In this document: positions 9,888 through 21,910 of the stretch, one piece after another
Position numbering within the stretch: the stretch's first letter is position 1
How the letters are laid out: the number at the start of each line of letters is the position of its first letter
DNA from: Chiloscyllium plagiosum
Lineage: Eukaryota
DNA length: 32,976 bases
Assembly: GCF_004010195.1 (NCBI RefSeq)
Contig: NW_025213942.1
Span: 1-32,976, forward strand
Direction: 5' to 3'
Notes under the pieces: model-generated
The model's input: the letters and a program-made list of their open reading frames with translations, nothing else
What the model was told of the DNA's origin: nothing
Databases searched by the model: none
Translations under genes and position numbers: made by a program

Positions 9888-10300
9888 GCAACATGAACAG
9901 TGAGTGAAGCTAAGTGAGATAATAAGGTGATTGCAATGAACATTAACGGGGATGTACAATCACTTGTGATGTTATAAACAGACACTGTTACGGTGATAAA
10001 TTCCATGGCGTTTTTTTTTCACGCGGGTAACATGATTCTCGATAGTTTAAGAGCTTCTGAGAACGTTCCACCCAACCACCCTCACTCCCTATTTGCAACA
10101 TGAACAGTGAGTGAAGCTCAGTGAGAGAATAAGGTGATTGCAATAAACATTAACGGGGATGTACAATCACTTGTGATGTTATAAACAGACACTGTTACGG
10201 TGATAAATTCCATGGCGTTTTTTTTCACTCGGGTAACATGATTCTCGATAGTTTAAGAGCTTCTGAGAACGTTCCACCCAACCACCCCCACTCCCTATTT
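9888..10300 (+). repeat. Near-perfect head-to-tail tandem duplication (207 + 206 bp)
   Basis: 9888-10094 and 10095-10300 both run gcaacatgaacagtgagtgaagct...cactccctattt, with a handful of differences and no gap. Confidence 0.95.
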
Positions 10301-10984
10301 CGATTCAGAGAGAGAGAGAGGTTCAGGCTTTTGAAAAAAAAAACCTCCCAACGTTAATACAGCTCAATTTGTGCGTGATTCTGCAAAGAACGTCATGGTA
10401 TCCATAATCCCGACAGCAGCAACAGTACCTTCATTATAAACGAGTTAACTCTTCCCAGCAGCTTCTGACCTACATAGAGCACATGGGAGTGTCTTCTCGG
10501 AGATAGAAGATGCCTCATTGAGACTTTACACAAAATATTTGGTTTCCCTTATCACTACCAGCAAACCCTTAAGGTAACACACGTTCTATAAACAATGGAA
10601 CCATGATTAACACCATGGAGCCCCCTATCAATGCAGTCTCGGTTTCATTGGTTTGTCATGTTAGAGTATCAATGACGCCCTCCTGTTTCGGTATAACTAT
10701 CTCGTGGAGCTGAATAGCCTCCTCCTGGTCTCATGGAATAGTTTTAAGTATCTGATTGGGCTCTGCCTGTTCCTGTTTAACAGTCGATGTACTGACCAAA
10801 CCCCTTCTCTTCCTGTGGAATAGGCAGGTGGATTGAATGGGCTGTCCCTCTTCTTGTTCAGTAGTTTCCACATATCAGTGTGCAACCAGCCTGGGATGCT
10901 GATTGAGCTCCTTTATTAACTGTGGAAATGTGCAGTGTTTGGCAGCGCTGTTACACAAATTTATTTAGTACTTTAACAGCACAA

Positions 10985-11345
10985 ACGGAATGCTGTCCAG
11001 GTCTTGCTGCACATGGACACAGGATGGTTCAGGAGATGAGGGGGCAGAAAATATTGTGTGATCTTCAGTCATCATCCCTACTTCAGATCTTATGATGGGG
11101 AAAGACATTGATATAGCAGTTGAAGATGTTTGTGCTGAGGAGGCTAACCTGAGGATCCCCTGCAGAGATATCCCGGAACTGTCAGGGCTGTTGGCCACCG
11201 ACCACAAGCATCTTTCTTTGTGCTCTGAAAGACCCAGACAAGTGGGAGGTTACACCTGATTTCCATTCAGCTCAAATAAGTGGATGGTCCTGATGCCATC
11301 CTCAGTCAAATACTCACTTGATATCAAAGCCATTCACTGTTTGCT
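10985..11345 (-). mobile_element. LINE (L2/CR1 superfamily) RT fragment, degenerate
   Basis: Minus ORF contains IIRSEVGMMTEDHTIFS (degenerate FADD) and VHVQQDLDSI; PQGS-like region at ~11150. Confidence 0.7.
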
Positions 11346-11394
11346 GAGACCCTGTGTTCACGTCTCGTTCATATCAATTAGGTGACGATGTATG

Positions 11395-11645
11395 TGTAGG
11401 GAATGCTTTCCTCTCACAGAGGGTAATCACTGTCAGGAATTATCTGGACTAGCGAGCTATGGGAGCTACATCACTGAAAGTATTTAAGGAGGAGGTAGAT
11501 GGATTTTTGATCTGTCAGACAGCTAAGGGATGTGAAGAATTGGGCATTATAAAGGAGGTAATGCCAATAGTAGATCAGCCATGATGGTAGACAATGGCTT
11601 GATCGTCCGAATTAGCTGATCCGGTTCCTTATGTCCTCATATTCT
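11395..11645 (+). mobile_element. CR1 3' end fragment
   Basis: ctctcacagagggt..gtatttaaggaggaggtagat..agatcagccatgat..gttccttatgt, typical of the CR1 C-terminus and 3'UTR. Confidence 0.65.
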
Positions 11646-12009
11646 GTAATTACAAAGTTAATGGTTGTAATTTTCCTGAACGTTTTGTTATTGAATATTG
11701 CAATCAGAATGAGCAAAGTATTTTGTGAGTCTTCTCTGGATGAGATATGAGGGTTGTATTCACAGTGAATCTGGGCCTGTATTATGAGCAACAAATAAAG
11801 CACAAATTACAGAGAGGAGAGACTCTGCAAAGAGACCAAAGACGTCTTTCGAACCCAGCCTGGATTTTCAAATAACATTTTCCAACCCACACTAAACCGT
11901 GTGTGTGTGACAGTCTTGAGGGATAAAATGAGATGCTGTGTTACTGTGGATCAGGTATTTGGAGCAAGTGGCCTCCAACTGCTCCTTGCAATAGCTGTGA
12001 GTGGTTGGA

Positions 12010-12260
12010 TGGAACATAGGAACATAAGACTGAGCAGCAGGAGTGTGCGATTAGACACTTTGTCACCGCTCCACCATGCACAAAGATTATGGATCATGTT
12101 ATTGTGGTCTCCCAAGCACTTTTCTGTCTGTATACCATTTTCTACATTCTCTTTTCTGTCAAATGTCAACAAATACAACTTTGAATAAATGTAAACATGC
12201 AGGCACCACAAACTTCTGGGGAGGGAATTTCCACTTGGGCAGCCCTTTGAAAATTTCTCA
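12010..12260 (-). mobile_element. CR1 3' tail fragment
   Basis: gaacataggaacataaga..gagcagcaggagt..gctccaccat is the reverse complement of a CR1 microsatellite tail. Confidence 0.55.
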
Positions 12261-12627
12261 TTTGTGTTCCAGCCAATGTTGGAGGGTCACTGTTTCCTTT
12301 TCCGTCCCACTCCTCCACTGCTTACACCAATCTTAAATGATAACCAGTTTAATGATGTGGCCAATGATATCGGTCTCAGAGTAGGTCATTTTCTAGAAAA
12401 AAAAGTAAGACACAGAACGTTGAAATCATATCAAATGGTAAAATGACAGAGTGCTCCAAATGTTACTCTGCCTTCAAAGTTATTCTGTTCAAATAAGCTA
12501 CCGGTTGTGGGATTGTTTTCTGGAACAGTTGGATTTGGCTGAATTCCCTTTGTTTCAGGCACATGAGAGTTTCCAATGAATCCTCACCAGGAATCCATCA
12601 CAAGTGGCAAAGATAACTCAGGGATTT

Positions 12628-13506
12628 NNNNNNNNNNNNNNNNNNNNNNNNNNNNNNNNNNNNNNNNNNNNNNNNNNNNNNNNNNNNNNNNNNNNNNNNN
12701 NNNNNNNNNNNNNNNNNNNNNNNNNNNNNNNNNNNNNNNNNNNNNNNNNNNNNNNNNNNNNNNNNNNNNNNNNNNNNNNNNNNNNNNNNNNNNNNNNNNN
12801 NNNNNNNNNNNNNNNNNNNNNNNNNNNNNNNNNNNNNNNNNNNNNNNNNNNNNNNNNNNNNNNNNNNNNNNNNNNNNNNNNNNNNNNNNNNNNNNNNNNN
12901 NNNNNNNNNNNNNNNNNNNNNNNNNNNNNNNNNNNNNNNNNNNNNNNNNNNNNNNNNNNNNNNNNNNNNNNNNNNNNNNNNNNNNNNNNNNNNNNNNNNN
13001 NNNNNNNNNNNNNNNNNNNNNNNNNNNNNNNNNNNNNNNNNNNNNNNNNNNNNNNNNNNNNNNNNNNNNNNNNNNNNNNNNNNNNNNNNNNNNNNNNNNN
13101 NNNNNNNNNNNNNNNNNNNNNNNNNNNNNNNNNNNNNNNNNNNNNNNNNNNNNNNNNNNNNNNNNNNNNNNNNNNNNNNNNNNNNNNNNNNNNNNNNNNN
13201 NNNNNNNNNNNNNNNNNNNNNNNNNNNNNNNNNNNNNNNNNNNNNNNNNNNNNNNNNNNNNNNNNNNNNNNNNNNNNNNNNNNNNNNNNNNNNNNNNNNN
13301 NNNNNNNNNNNNNNNNNNNNNNNNNNNNNNNNNNNNNNNNNNNNNNNNNNNNNNNNNNNNNNNNNNNNNNNNNNNNNNNNNNNNNNNNNNNNNNNNNNNN
13401 NNNNNNNNNNNNNNNNNNNNNNNNNNNNNNNNNNNNNNNNNNNNNNNNNNNNNNNNNNNNNNNNNNNNNNNNNNNNNNNNNNNNNNNNNNNNNNNNNNNN
13501 NNNNNN
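12628..13506. other. Assembly gap (others: 2659-3081, 18608-18658, 22954-23022, 25113-25209, 27925-28343)
   Basis: Runs of N. Confidence 1.
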
Positions 13507-13899
13507 CTCAGTATCTCAATTTGACGATGCAATGAATGACCATCTTGGTGTACGAGCTAATTGAGCTCCACCCCATTCCCTCCCTTTCCTCCAGATCATT
13601 GATACAGATTATTGGTCATTGATGACCCCACAGTAATCTCTGAGGCACTCCATCAGTTAGAGCTTTGCAGCCTAAAAGTAAACATTTCTCTCTACTCTCT
13701 ATTTCCTGCTAGCGATATATTTCCTGTTCCTGTGTAGCCGCTCTGGCGGGTTGAATGGCCACGTCCTGGGATGTGTTATGTAATTAACGATCTGAATTAC
13801 TTAATTCTATATTCCTGTGTAATTTCTTAGAGGGGCAGAATGGTCTCTTCCTGTCTCATTGTAACGATCCTGTCTGACGGATTAGGGTGGTCCCCTACC

Positions 13900-14062
13900 C
13901 TGTAACAGCATCGAGGGGTGGATTGAAGGAACAACACATGGGTTCGGGGTAGCAGTATATCTCTGTAGCAGCCTCGATTGTGGATTGAGGGAACAACACA
14001 TGGGGTAGGGGCAGCAGTATATCTCTGCAACAGCTTCGAGTGGTGGATTGAGGGAACACACA
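13900..14062. repeat. Minisatellite, ~62-63-bp unit x ~2.6
   Basis: Units start at 13900, 13963 and 14025: ctg(t/c)a(a/g)cagc.tcga..gtggattga.ggaacaacacatggg..ggg.agcagtatatct. Confidence 0.9.
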
Positions 14063-14640
14063 TTCAGAATGATCATGGCTGGTCCAATTGTCTCTGATCA
14101 TCCCTCTTCTGTCTGTTCCCGATAAACATTGACTCTCCTGTCCAGCAAAGATCAGTTGAGCTCAGCCTAGAGTATCCTCAATAACAGAGTCTTCCCTATT
14201 CCCTGAGGATGAGGATACCACAGACTGCCCAGCACTAAATGGGAAGGGTCATCTTTACTTCATTGTCGGACCCATGACATTAAAACTGTGCTAACCTCAC
14301 ATCAAATCACCACCTCTTTTCATACTTAAGGATATAATAATTATGAATAACCATAAACCATTCTTCCCTCCAAACCTGTCCCACATTCCCACTGACTCTT
14401 TCCAGTCAAATATATATTAAATCCAGCCTCTGCTGCAACCTCAGAAAGTGAATACTTGACAGCATAACACCACATGAGCATGAACAAAGGAGCAGAATGA
14501 GGCCATTCGGCCCATCGAGACTGATATGCCATTCAATAATTTCTTGTATGTACCCCAAACTCATTCTCCTGCCTTCTTCCTAGAATCCTTGATCCCTTTA
14601 TAAACCAAAAACTGCCGATTTGTGTCTTAATGACACTAGT
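14062..14640 (-). mobile_element. Two CR1 3' tail fragments (about 14062-14270 and 14470-14640)
   Basis: attcagaatgatcatggctg.. and ggagcagaatgaggccattcggcccatcgag.. are reverse complements of CR1 3'UTRs. Confidence 0.55.
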
Positions 14641-14643
14641 GCT

Positions 14644-14952
14644 TGTGTCTCTGTGTGTATGTATATATGTATATATATATATGTGTGTGTGTGTGTGTGC
14701 GTGTGCGTGGGTGTGTGTATCCGTATGTGTGTGTCCATGTGGTTGTTTTCTGTGTATTTGTGTGTCTACATCTGTGTACCTATGTATCAGCCTCTGTGTT
14801 TCTATCTGTGTTTGTGTCTATTTGTGTGCAACTGGAGATGTCTTTGTGTGTTGCAATGTGTGTGTATGCCTATCTCCTTATATGTGTTGTGCATGTTAGT
14901 ATTTTGGGTGTTTACCAATACGTCTGTGCATTTCAGTGTCTGCATCTCTGTG
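14644..14952. repeat. (TG)n/(TA)n degenerate microsatellite tract
   Basis: Direct reading; explains the Cys/Val-rich ORFs in all three + frames. Confidence 0.95.
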
Positions 14953-15229
14953 CAGTGAGGGATCTGTTTTTGTTTGGGAGTGAATGGACTGACGTTGGAA
15001 CTGACAGTGGGTTTAAAGTGAGAACTGAATGTTACTCTTTACTCAGTTGATGGGCAGTGAATGTTTCCGAAGCTCCACATGAGCCATCTTGTTTCTGTCC
15101 GGCTCATGCCAGGTTCCCCCCCCCCCCCCCCCCCCCACATGGTGGGGGAGAAGGGGGTGTGAGGGAACAGATATCAGGCACAGCACCATCCGGCTTGGCG
15201 CTTTCTGTCCCATTCCAGACAGTTTCTCC

Positions 15230-15410
15230 TGGAACAGGAGAAAGGGAGAGCGGGAGGGAGAGTGGAAATGTGTGACCCTGCTGTCGTGCTGGTGGATGTG
15301 GGGCTGGGGGGAATGGTGAGGTGTTCGGAATGAGTCAGTCGACAGTTGTAAAGTCGAATCTCCTGTTCCCTGGATGCTGCCTGACCTGCTGTGCTGTTCC
15401 AGCAATAAAG
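15230..15410. mobile_element. Penelope-like remnant: minus-strand linker fragment next to a plus-strand tail
   Basis: 15354-15402 gtcgaatctcctgttccctggatgctgcctgacctgctgtgctgttccagc matches 6037-6085; minus strand ~15230-15330 resembles the HF..QxD..SPPL segment at 5338-5400. Confidence 0.5.
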
Positions 15411-16180
15411 AGAAAGTGAGGAAGAAAGTTGCTGAATTCAATAGTCTGTTTCGAAATGCCTGAGCCTTATTTGGAAATAGAGTGTGAGCCTTGTTCGGGG
15501 GTCCATGCTATAACAGGGACTCAGGGTGTGTGAAGGAGCAGATAGAATATGGTGACCTGACAGAGCGGCGAAGGTTATTGACGCTTATCCTGTATCACAG
15601 CGTCAAGGTGACCCTTCCGGAATGTCTTGTCCAAGTCTATCACCAATAACGCCACAGACCATGTCCCTCAGATTCAGTTTAAAGGGAGCTTAAAAATAAC
15701 AAGGAGAAGCAAATATTGGTGTATTATATATCGAAACTAAAACTTCGCAGAAATTCTGAGCGTCATATGCTCTGAAAATTAGACATGCAAATATCATGGA
15801 TACTGCAGTCTTATTGGATGGTCTCAAGTTCCATCTCAACTGCGTTAACTAAGTGACTTCTCATGCTGTGAAAAATAAATTCCCTAAATGTATATCAGGT
15901 GGGTTGAAAAGTATGTATTGAACCAAACTAGAGATCAAGTTTTTTCGGATTTCGTGTTGTGTGGTCAGGAGGACTAATCAATGTCTTTGCTCTGAAGCAG
16001 CTTTGGAGGAGTAGTGACATTAATATGTTGTATTTTACATGGCGTCTGCATACAATATAGAATGTTTGTACATTTTGGTCAAACATGATGGAAGCATGGA
16101 GCCGAGAGGGTCACGTTTGTTCCAGTGAAATGGGAAATTACAAAATAACATTCAGTGGGAGATAAGCAATGGTTGTTAGC

Positions 16181-17830
16181 GTCATAGAGTCCTATAGGCC
16201 CTTCGGCTCAAACTGATCCATTCCGACCAAAATGTCAATTCACACTAACCCCATTTCCCAGCCACTGCCCCGTATCCTTCTAATATTTTCCTATCCTGTA
16301 TTTGTCAAAATGCATTTTAAGTGTTGTGAATGTACCCACCTTAACTACTTCTGCTGGTAGCTCATTCCATATGCCTATCACCCTGTGTGTAAAAAAGTTG
16401 CTCCTCAGGTTCCCTTTTATTCTTACCCCTCTGACCTTAAACTGATGCTCTCTAGTCCGTGATTGTCCAATCCCGGGAAGTAAAGGCTGACTGCATTCAC
16501 TCTGTTCATGCCTGTTATGATCTTCTACCCTTCAATAAGATCCTCTCCCCAGTCTCATACACGCAAAAGTAAAAAAGTCCAAGCTTTTCCAACCTCTCCC
16601 TATAACTCAGAGCCTTGAGTCCTTGGCAGCATCCTTGTAAATTTCTTCTGCACTCATTCCAGTTTAATAACATCATTCCTATCGCAAAGTTAACAAAACT
16701 GAATATAATGTTATAAGTATGGCCTCATCATGTGCCCCGTATTCTGCAGCATAGCTCCCCAAATTCGCTACTTAGTGCCCTGACTGATGAATGCCAGTGT
16801 GCCCAAAGTCTTCTTCATTGCCCTGTCTACCTCTGAATCAACTTTCAGAGAACCATGTACCTGAATTCCAAGGTCCCTCTGTTCCACTACATTCCTTAAG
16901 ACCCAGCCATTGACCATAAAACTCCGATATTGATTTGAGTTTCTAAAATGCAATAACTTACACTGATCTGCATTAAAATCCATGGCCATTTCTCGGCCCA
17001 CTTCCCCAGCTGATCAAGGCACTGCTGTAAGTTCTGAAATTTCTGATAACCTTTGTTTTTCTCCATGTAACCGCCTATTTTAATTTTCACTTTCAAACTT
17101 ACACATCATGCACGTACATTCTCATCTAAATTATAGATATATGTAATATATCGTGGTGCCAGCATCGTCCCGATGTATTCCATTACTCCCAGGCCTCCAG
17201 TTTGACAAACATCCTTCCAATCTTATAATTTGCTTCCTACCATCAAGCCAATTTTGTATCCAGTTTGGCAGATCCTCCTCAATTTCATCCGATCTAACCT
17301 TCCAGAGCAGCGCACCATGTGGAAGCTTATTGAAGGCCTTACTTGAATCCATATAGACTACGCATACCACCCTGACCTCCTCAACGTTATTGGTCACTTC
17401 GTCAAAGAATTCGAACAAATTTGTGAGCTATGGTGTCCGATGCACAAAGCCGTGCTGACTTTGATGATAGACTTTTGCCCGAAACATTGATTTTCCTGTT
17501 CCTCAGATGCTGCTTACTCTGTTGTGCTTTTCTAGCACCACTCTAATCTTGCTTCGAATCACACCCTGTCTTTCCTAATGCAGGTATATCTTATCTCTCA
17601 GAACCTTTTCAAGTAAGTTACCTGCTACAGATTTTAGGTTTAGTGGTCCATAGTTCCCAAATTTTTCTTTTTACCCCTTCTTGAGTAAGGGCACAGCATT
17701 CGCAACCCTTCAGTCCTCCGGGACCTCACCTGTTGGCCAGCTATGATGCAACAATATCAGCCAGGGCTCCCGCAATTCCTTCTCTGTCCTCCTGCAGTAT
17801 TCCTGAATATATCTGGTCAGGACCAGGAAA
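16181..17830 (-). mobile_element. CR1-clade LINE RT-to-3'-end fragment (copy A)
   Basis: Minus ORFs FPGPDQIYSGILQE, EFFDEVT..VVYMDSSKAFNKLPHG..NWIQNWLDGRKQ, and EQRDLGIQVHGSLKV; tail gtcatagagtc..ggcccttcgg at 16181. Confidence 0.9.
17461..17552 (+). mobile_element. Short PLE-tail insertion with degenerate hammerhead (copy B at 20643-20734)
   Basis: ttgatgatagacttttgcccgaaac(a/g)ttgattttcctgttcctc..gatgctgc..tgtgcttttctagcaccactct; same family as 6012-6110; core C3 and stem II are mutated. Confidence 0.75.
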
Positions 17831-18129
17831 TTTATAGAAATATTGCGAAGTCTGAATAATATGTCTACTTATTTCAGGTATAAACACCAAAGAAAGGGAA
17901 AGTGACACAATGTTGTTTAACATAACAAATTAGAAAACGTATTAATCATAGGAAGTGGCTTCAGAAGAATTTCAGTCATTGTGGAAACCTGAGAATTCTC
18001 AGAAATTCACGATCCAGAAACAAGGCCCATGAAATTGATAAGGAAATCAAAAACAACATGAATGCTAACAAACAAGAACAAAAACACTGCATAAATCTAC
18101 AATCTGTATTTCAAAGGAAACAAAGTAAA

Positions 18130-18607
18130 AGCAAGGTTAAATATGGAACTTGGTAATCGGGACAGGAGAGTTTATTGTGACTAACAGGGAAATGGCCAAT
18201 AAAATAACCAGTTACTATGCATCTGTCTTCATGGAGGAAGATCCACAAAATCACCCAGTAATATCCAGTGATCATGTTGGGCTTGTGCAACTGAAGACAT
18301 AAAGTCAACTTATGTCAGTAACAAGGTGGTATTTGAGAATGTGACTGGATTGAGCATTGCTAAGTCTGACAAACCTAATGTACTTCATATTAAAATGTCT
18401 GACATAAATCGGCAATAGAAATATTAATTGCACTGCCGATGACTGTGTTTAATTTTCCTGTGCATTCTGCAGAGGCTGGAAACCATTGTGGATAAATGGA
18501 AGTTAGCAAACGTGGTCCAAGCACTATCGATTAATGGAAGGAATCCAAGCATCGAAAAAGGGAAGAAGACATGGTTTGGAGAACTGCCGAACAATTAACT
18601 TGACATC
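18130..18607 (+). mobile_element. Decayed CR1 ORF2 linker/RT fragment (longer copy at about 21310-21910)
   Basis: NREMA..YYASVFMEED, and NCRTINL..KLLESII in copy B. Confidence 0.65.
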
Positions 18608-18658
18608 NNNNNNNNNNNNNNNNNNNNNNNNNNNNNNNNNNNNNNNNNNNNNNNNNNN

Positions 18659-21600
18659 TGTGAGCCTTGTTCAGGGGTCAGTTCTATAACAGGTATACAG
18701 GGAGTGTGAAAGAGCAGATAGAAAATGGTGACCCTTATCCTGACAAAGCGGAGAAGATTATTGACGCTTGTCCTGTATCACAGCGTCAAGGTGACCCTTC
18801 CAGAATGTCTTGTCCAAGTCTATTACCAATAACGCCACAGACCATGTCCCTCAGATTCAGTTTAAAGGGAGCTTACAAATAACAAGGAGAAGCAAACATT
18901 GGTGTATTATATATCGAAACTAAAACTGACGCAGAAATTCTGAGCGTCATATGCTCTGAAAATTAGACATGCAAATATCATGGATACTGCAGTCTTTTTG
19001 GATGGTCTCAAGTTGCATCTCAACTGCGTTAACTAAGTGACTGCTCATGCTGTGAAAAATAAATTCCCTAAATGTATATCAGGTGGGTTGAAGAGTATGT
19101 ATTGAACCAAACTAGAGATCAAGTTTTTGCGGATTTCGTGTTGTGTGGTCAGGAGGACTAATCAATGTCCTTGCTCTGAAGCAGCTTTGGAGGAGTAGTG
19201 ACATTAATATGTTGTATTTTACATGGCGTCTGCATACAATATAGAATGTTTGTACATTTTGGTCAAACATGATGGAAGCATGGAGCCGAGAGGGTCACGT
19301 TTGTTCCAGTGAAATGGGAAATTACAAAATAACATTCAGTGGGAGATAAGCAATGGTTGTGAGAGTCATAGAGTCCTATAGGCCCTTTGGCTCAAACTGA
19401 TCCATTCCGAGCAAAATGTCAATTCACACTAACCCCATTTCCCAGCCACTGCCCCGTATCCTTCTAATCTTTTCCTATCCTGTATTTGTCAAAATGCATT
19501 TTAAATGTTGTGAATGTACCCACCTTAACTACTTCTGCTGGTAGCTCATTCCATATGCGTATCACCCTGTGTGTAAAAACGTTGCTCCTCAGGTTCCCTT
19601 TTATTCTTACCCCTCTGACCATAAACTGATGCTCTCTCGTCCGTGATTGTCCAATCCCGGGAAGTAAAGGCTGACTGCATTCACTCTGTCCATGCCTGTT
19701 ATGATCTTCGACCCTTCAATAAGATCCTCTCCCCAGTCTCATACACGCAAAAGTAAAATGTCCTAGCTTTTCCAATCTCTCCCTATAACTCAGAGCCTTG
19801 AGTCCTTGGCAGCATCCTTGTAAATTTCTTCTGCACTCATTCCAGTTTAATAACATCATTCCTATCGCAAAGTTAACAAAACTGAATATAATGCTATAAG
19901 TATGGCCTCATCAGTGCCCCGTATTCTGCAGCATAGTTCCCCAAATTCGCTACTTAGTGCCCTGATTGATGAATGCCAGTGTGCCAAAAGTCTTCTTCAT
20001 TGCCCTGTCTACATCTGAATCAAATTTCAGAGAACCATGTACCTGAATTCCAAGGTCCCTCTGTTCCACTAGATTCCTTGAGACCCAGCCATTGACCATG
20101 AAACTCCGATATTGATTTGAGTTTCTAAAATGTAAGAACTTACACTGATATGCATTAAAATCCATTGGCCATTTCTCGGCCCACTTCCCCAGCTGATCAA
20201 GGCACTGCTGTAAGTTCTGAAATTTCTGATAACCTTTGTTTTTCTCCATGTAACCGCCTATTTTAATTTTCACTTTCAAACTTACAAATCATGCACGTAC
20301 ATTCTCATCTAAATTATAGATATATGTAATATATCGTGGTGCCAGCATCGCCCCGATGCATTCCATTACTCCCAGGCCTCCAGTTTGACAAACATCCTTC
20401 CAATATTATAATTTGCTTCCTACCAGTAAGCCAATTTTGTGTCAGTTTGGCAGGTCCTCATCAATTTCATGCGATCTAACCTTCCAGAGCAGCGCACCAT
20501 GTGGAAGCTTATTGAAGGCCTTACTTGAATCCATATAGACTACGCATACCACCCTGACCTCCTCAACGTTGCTGGTCACTTTGTCAAAGAATTCGAACAA
20601 ATTCGTGAGCTACGGTGTCCGATGCACAAAGCCGTGCTGACTTTGATGATAGACTTTTGCCCGAAACGTTGATTTTCCTGTTCCTCGAATGCTGCTTGCT
20701 CTGCTGTGCTTTTCTAGCACCACTCTAATCTTGCTTCGAATCACGCCCTGTCTTTCCTAATGCACGTATATCTTATCTCTCAGAACCTTTTCAAGTAAGT
20801 TACCTGCTACAGATTTTAGGTTTAGTGGTCCATAGTTCCCAAGTTTTTCTTTTTAGCACTTCTTGAGTAAGGGCACAGCATTCGCAACCCTCCAGTCCTC
20901 CCGGACCTCACCCGTTGGCCAGCGATGATGCTTCAATATCAGCCAGGGCTCCCGCAATTCCTTCTCTGCCCTCCTGCAGTGTTCCTGAATATATCTGGTC
21001 AGGGCAAGGAGATTTATAGACATAATAAAAAGTCTGAATAATACGTCTATTTATTTCAGCTATAAACACAAAAGAAAGGGAAAGTGGCACAATGATGTTT
21101 AACATAACAAATTAGAAAACGTATTAATCATAGGAAGTGGTTTCACAAGAATTTCAGTCATTGTGGAAACCTGTGAATTCTGAGAAATTCACGATCTAGA
21201 AACAAAGGCCATGAAATTGATAAGGAAATCAAAAACAGAACATGAATGCTAACAAAAACACTGCATAAATCTACAATCTGTATTTCAAAGGAAACAAAGT
21301 AAAAGCAAGGTCAAATATGGAAATTGGTAATCGGGAGAGGAGAGTTTATTGTGAAAAAACAGGGAAATGGACAAGAAAATAATCAGTTACTTTGCATCTG
21401 TCTTCATGGAGGAAGATCCACAAAATCACCCAGAAATACCAAGTGATCATGTAGGGCTTGCGCAACTGAAGACATAAAGTCAACTTATATCAGTAACAAG
21501 GTGGTATTTGAGAATGTAACTGGATTGAGCATTGTTAAGTCTGACAAACCTAATGTACTTCATATTAAAATATCAGACATAAATCGGCAATAGAAATATT

Positions 21601-21780
21601 AATTGCACTGTCGATGATTGAGATCATTTTCCTGTGCATTCTGCAGAGGCTGGAAGCCATTGTGAATAAATGGAAGTTAGCAATGTGGTCCAAGCACGAT
21701 AGATTAATGGAAGGAATCCAAGCATCTATAAAGGGAAGAGGACATAGTTTGGAGAACTGCCGAACAATTAACTTGATATC
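18659..21780 (+). repeat. Copy B of the ~3.1-kb direct duplication
   Basis: Collinear with 15483-18607, with scattered substitutions and small indels. Confidence 0.95.
19365..21015 (-). mobile_element. CR1-clade LINE RT-to-3'-end fragment (copy B)
   Basis: Duplicate of 16181-17830; ORF 19950-20279 gives LQQCLDQLGKWAEKW..FN..CK.LHF. Confidence 0.9.
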
Positions 21781-21910
21781 TGCAAGTTGGAAACTGTTGG
21801 AATCTATTATACAGCATGTGATATTGGATATTTAGGAATTAACAGCAACAATGGAGAAAATCCATATGTATTTCTGACAGATGTCTAACTCGATGTGCTA
21901 TTAGTTTTTT

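Larger units (their letters stand above)
15483..18607 (+). repeat. Copy A of a ~3.1-kb direct duplication
   Basis: Collinear with 18659-21780 from tgtgagccttgttc to acaattaacttga(c/t)atc; separated from it only by N-gap 18608-18658. Confidence 0.95.

Noticed and set aside
9605..10006. Hydrophobic 133-aa minus-strand ORF as an inverted GPCR exon 2
   Set aside because: No class A GPCR motifs; part of it is antisense to a decayed CR1 piece (accagactaatccctgggatg) and part lies in the tandem duplication.
12576..13535. Long ORFs spanning 12576-13535, and likewise 2614-3138 and 27696-28546
   Set aside because: They are open only because they run through N gaps.
13900..14062. Repeat array as CRISPR
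   Set aside because: Contiguous units with no unique spacers, no cas genes, and a eukaryotic context.
14620..15050. Cys/Val-rich ORFs in three frames
   Set aside because: Translation of a TG microsatellite.
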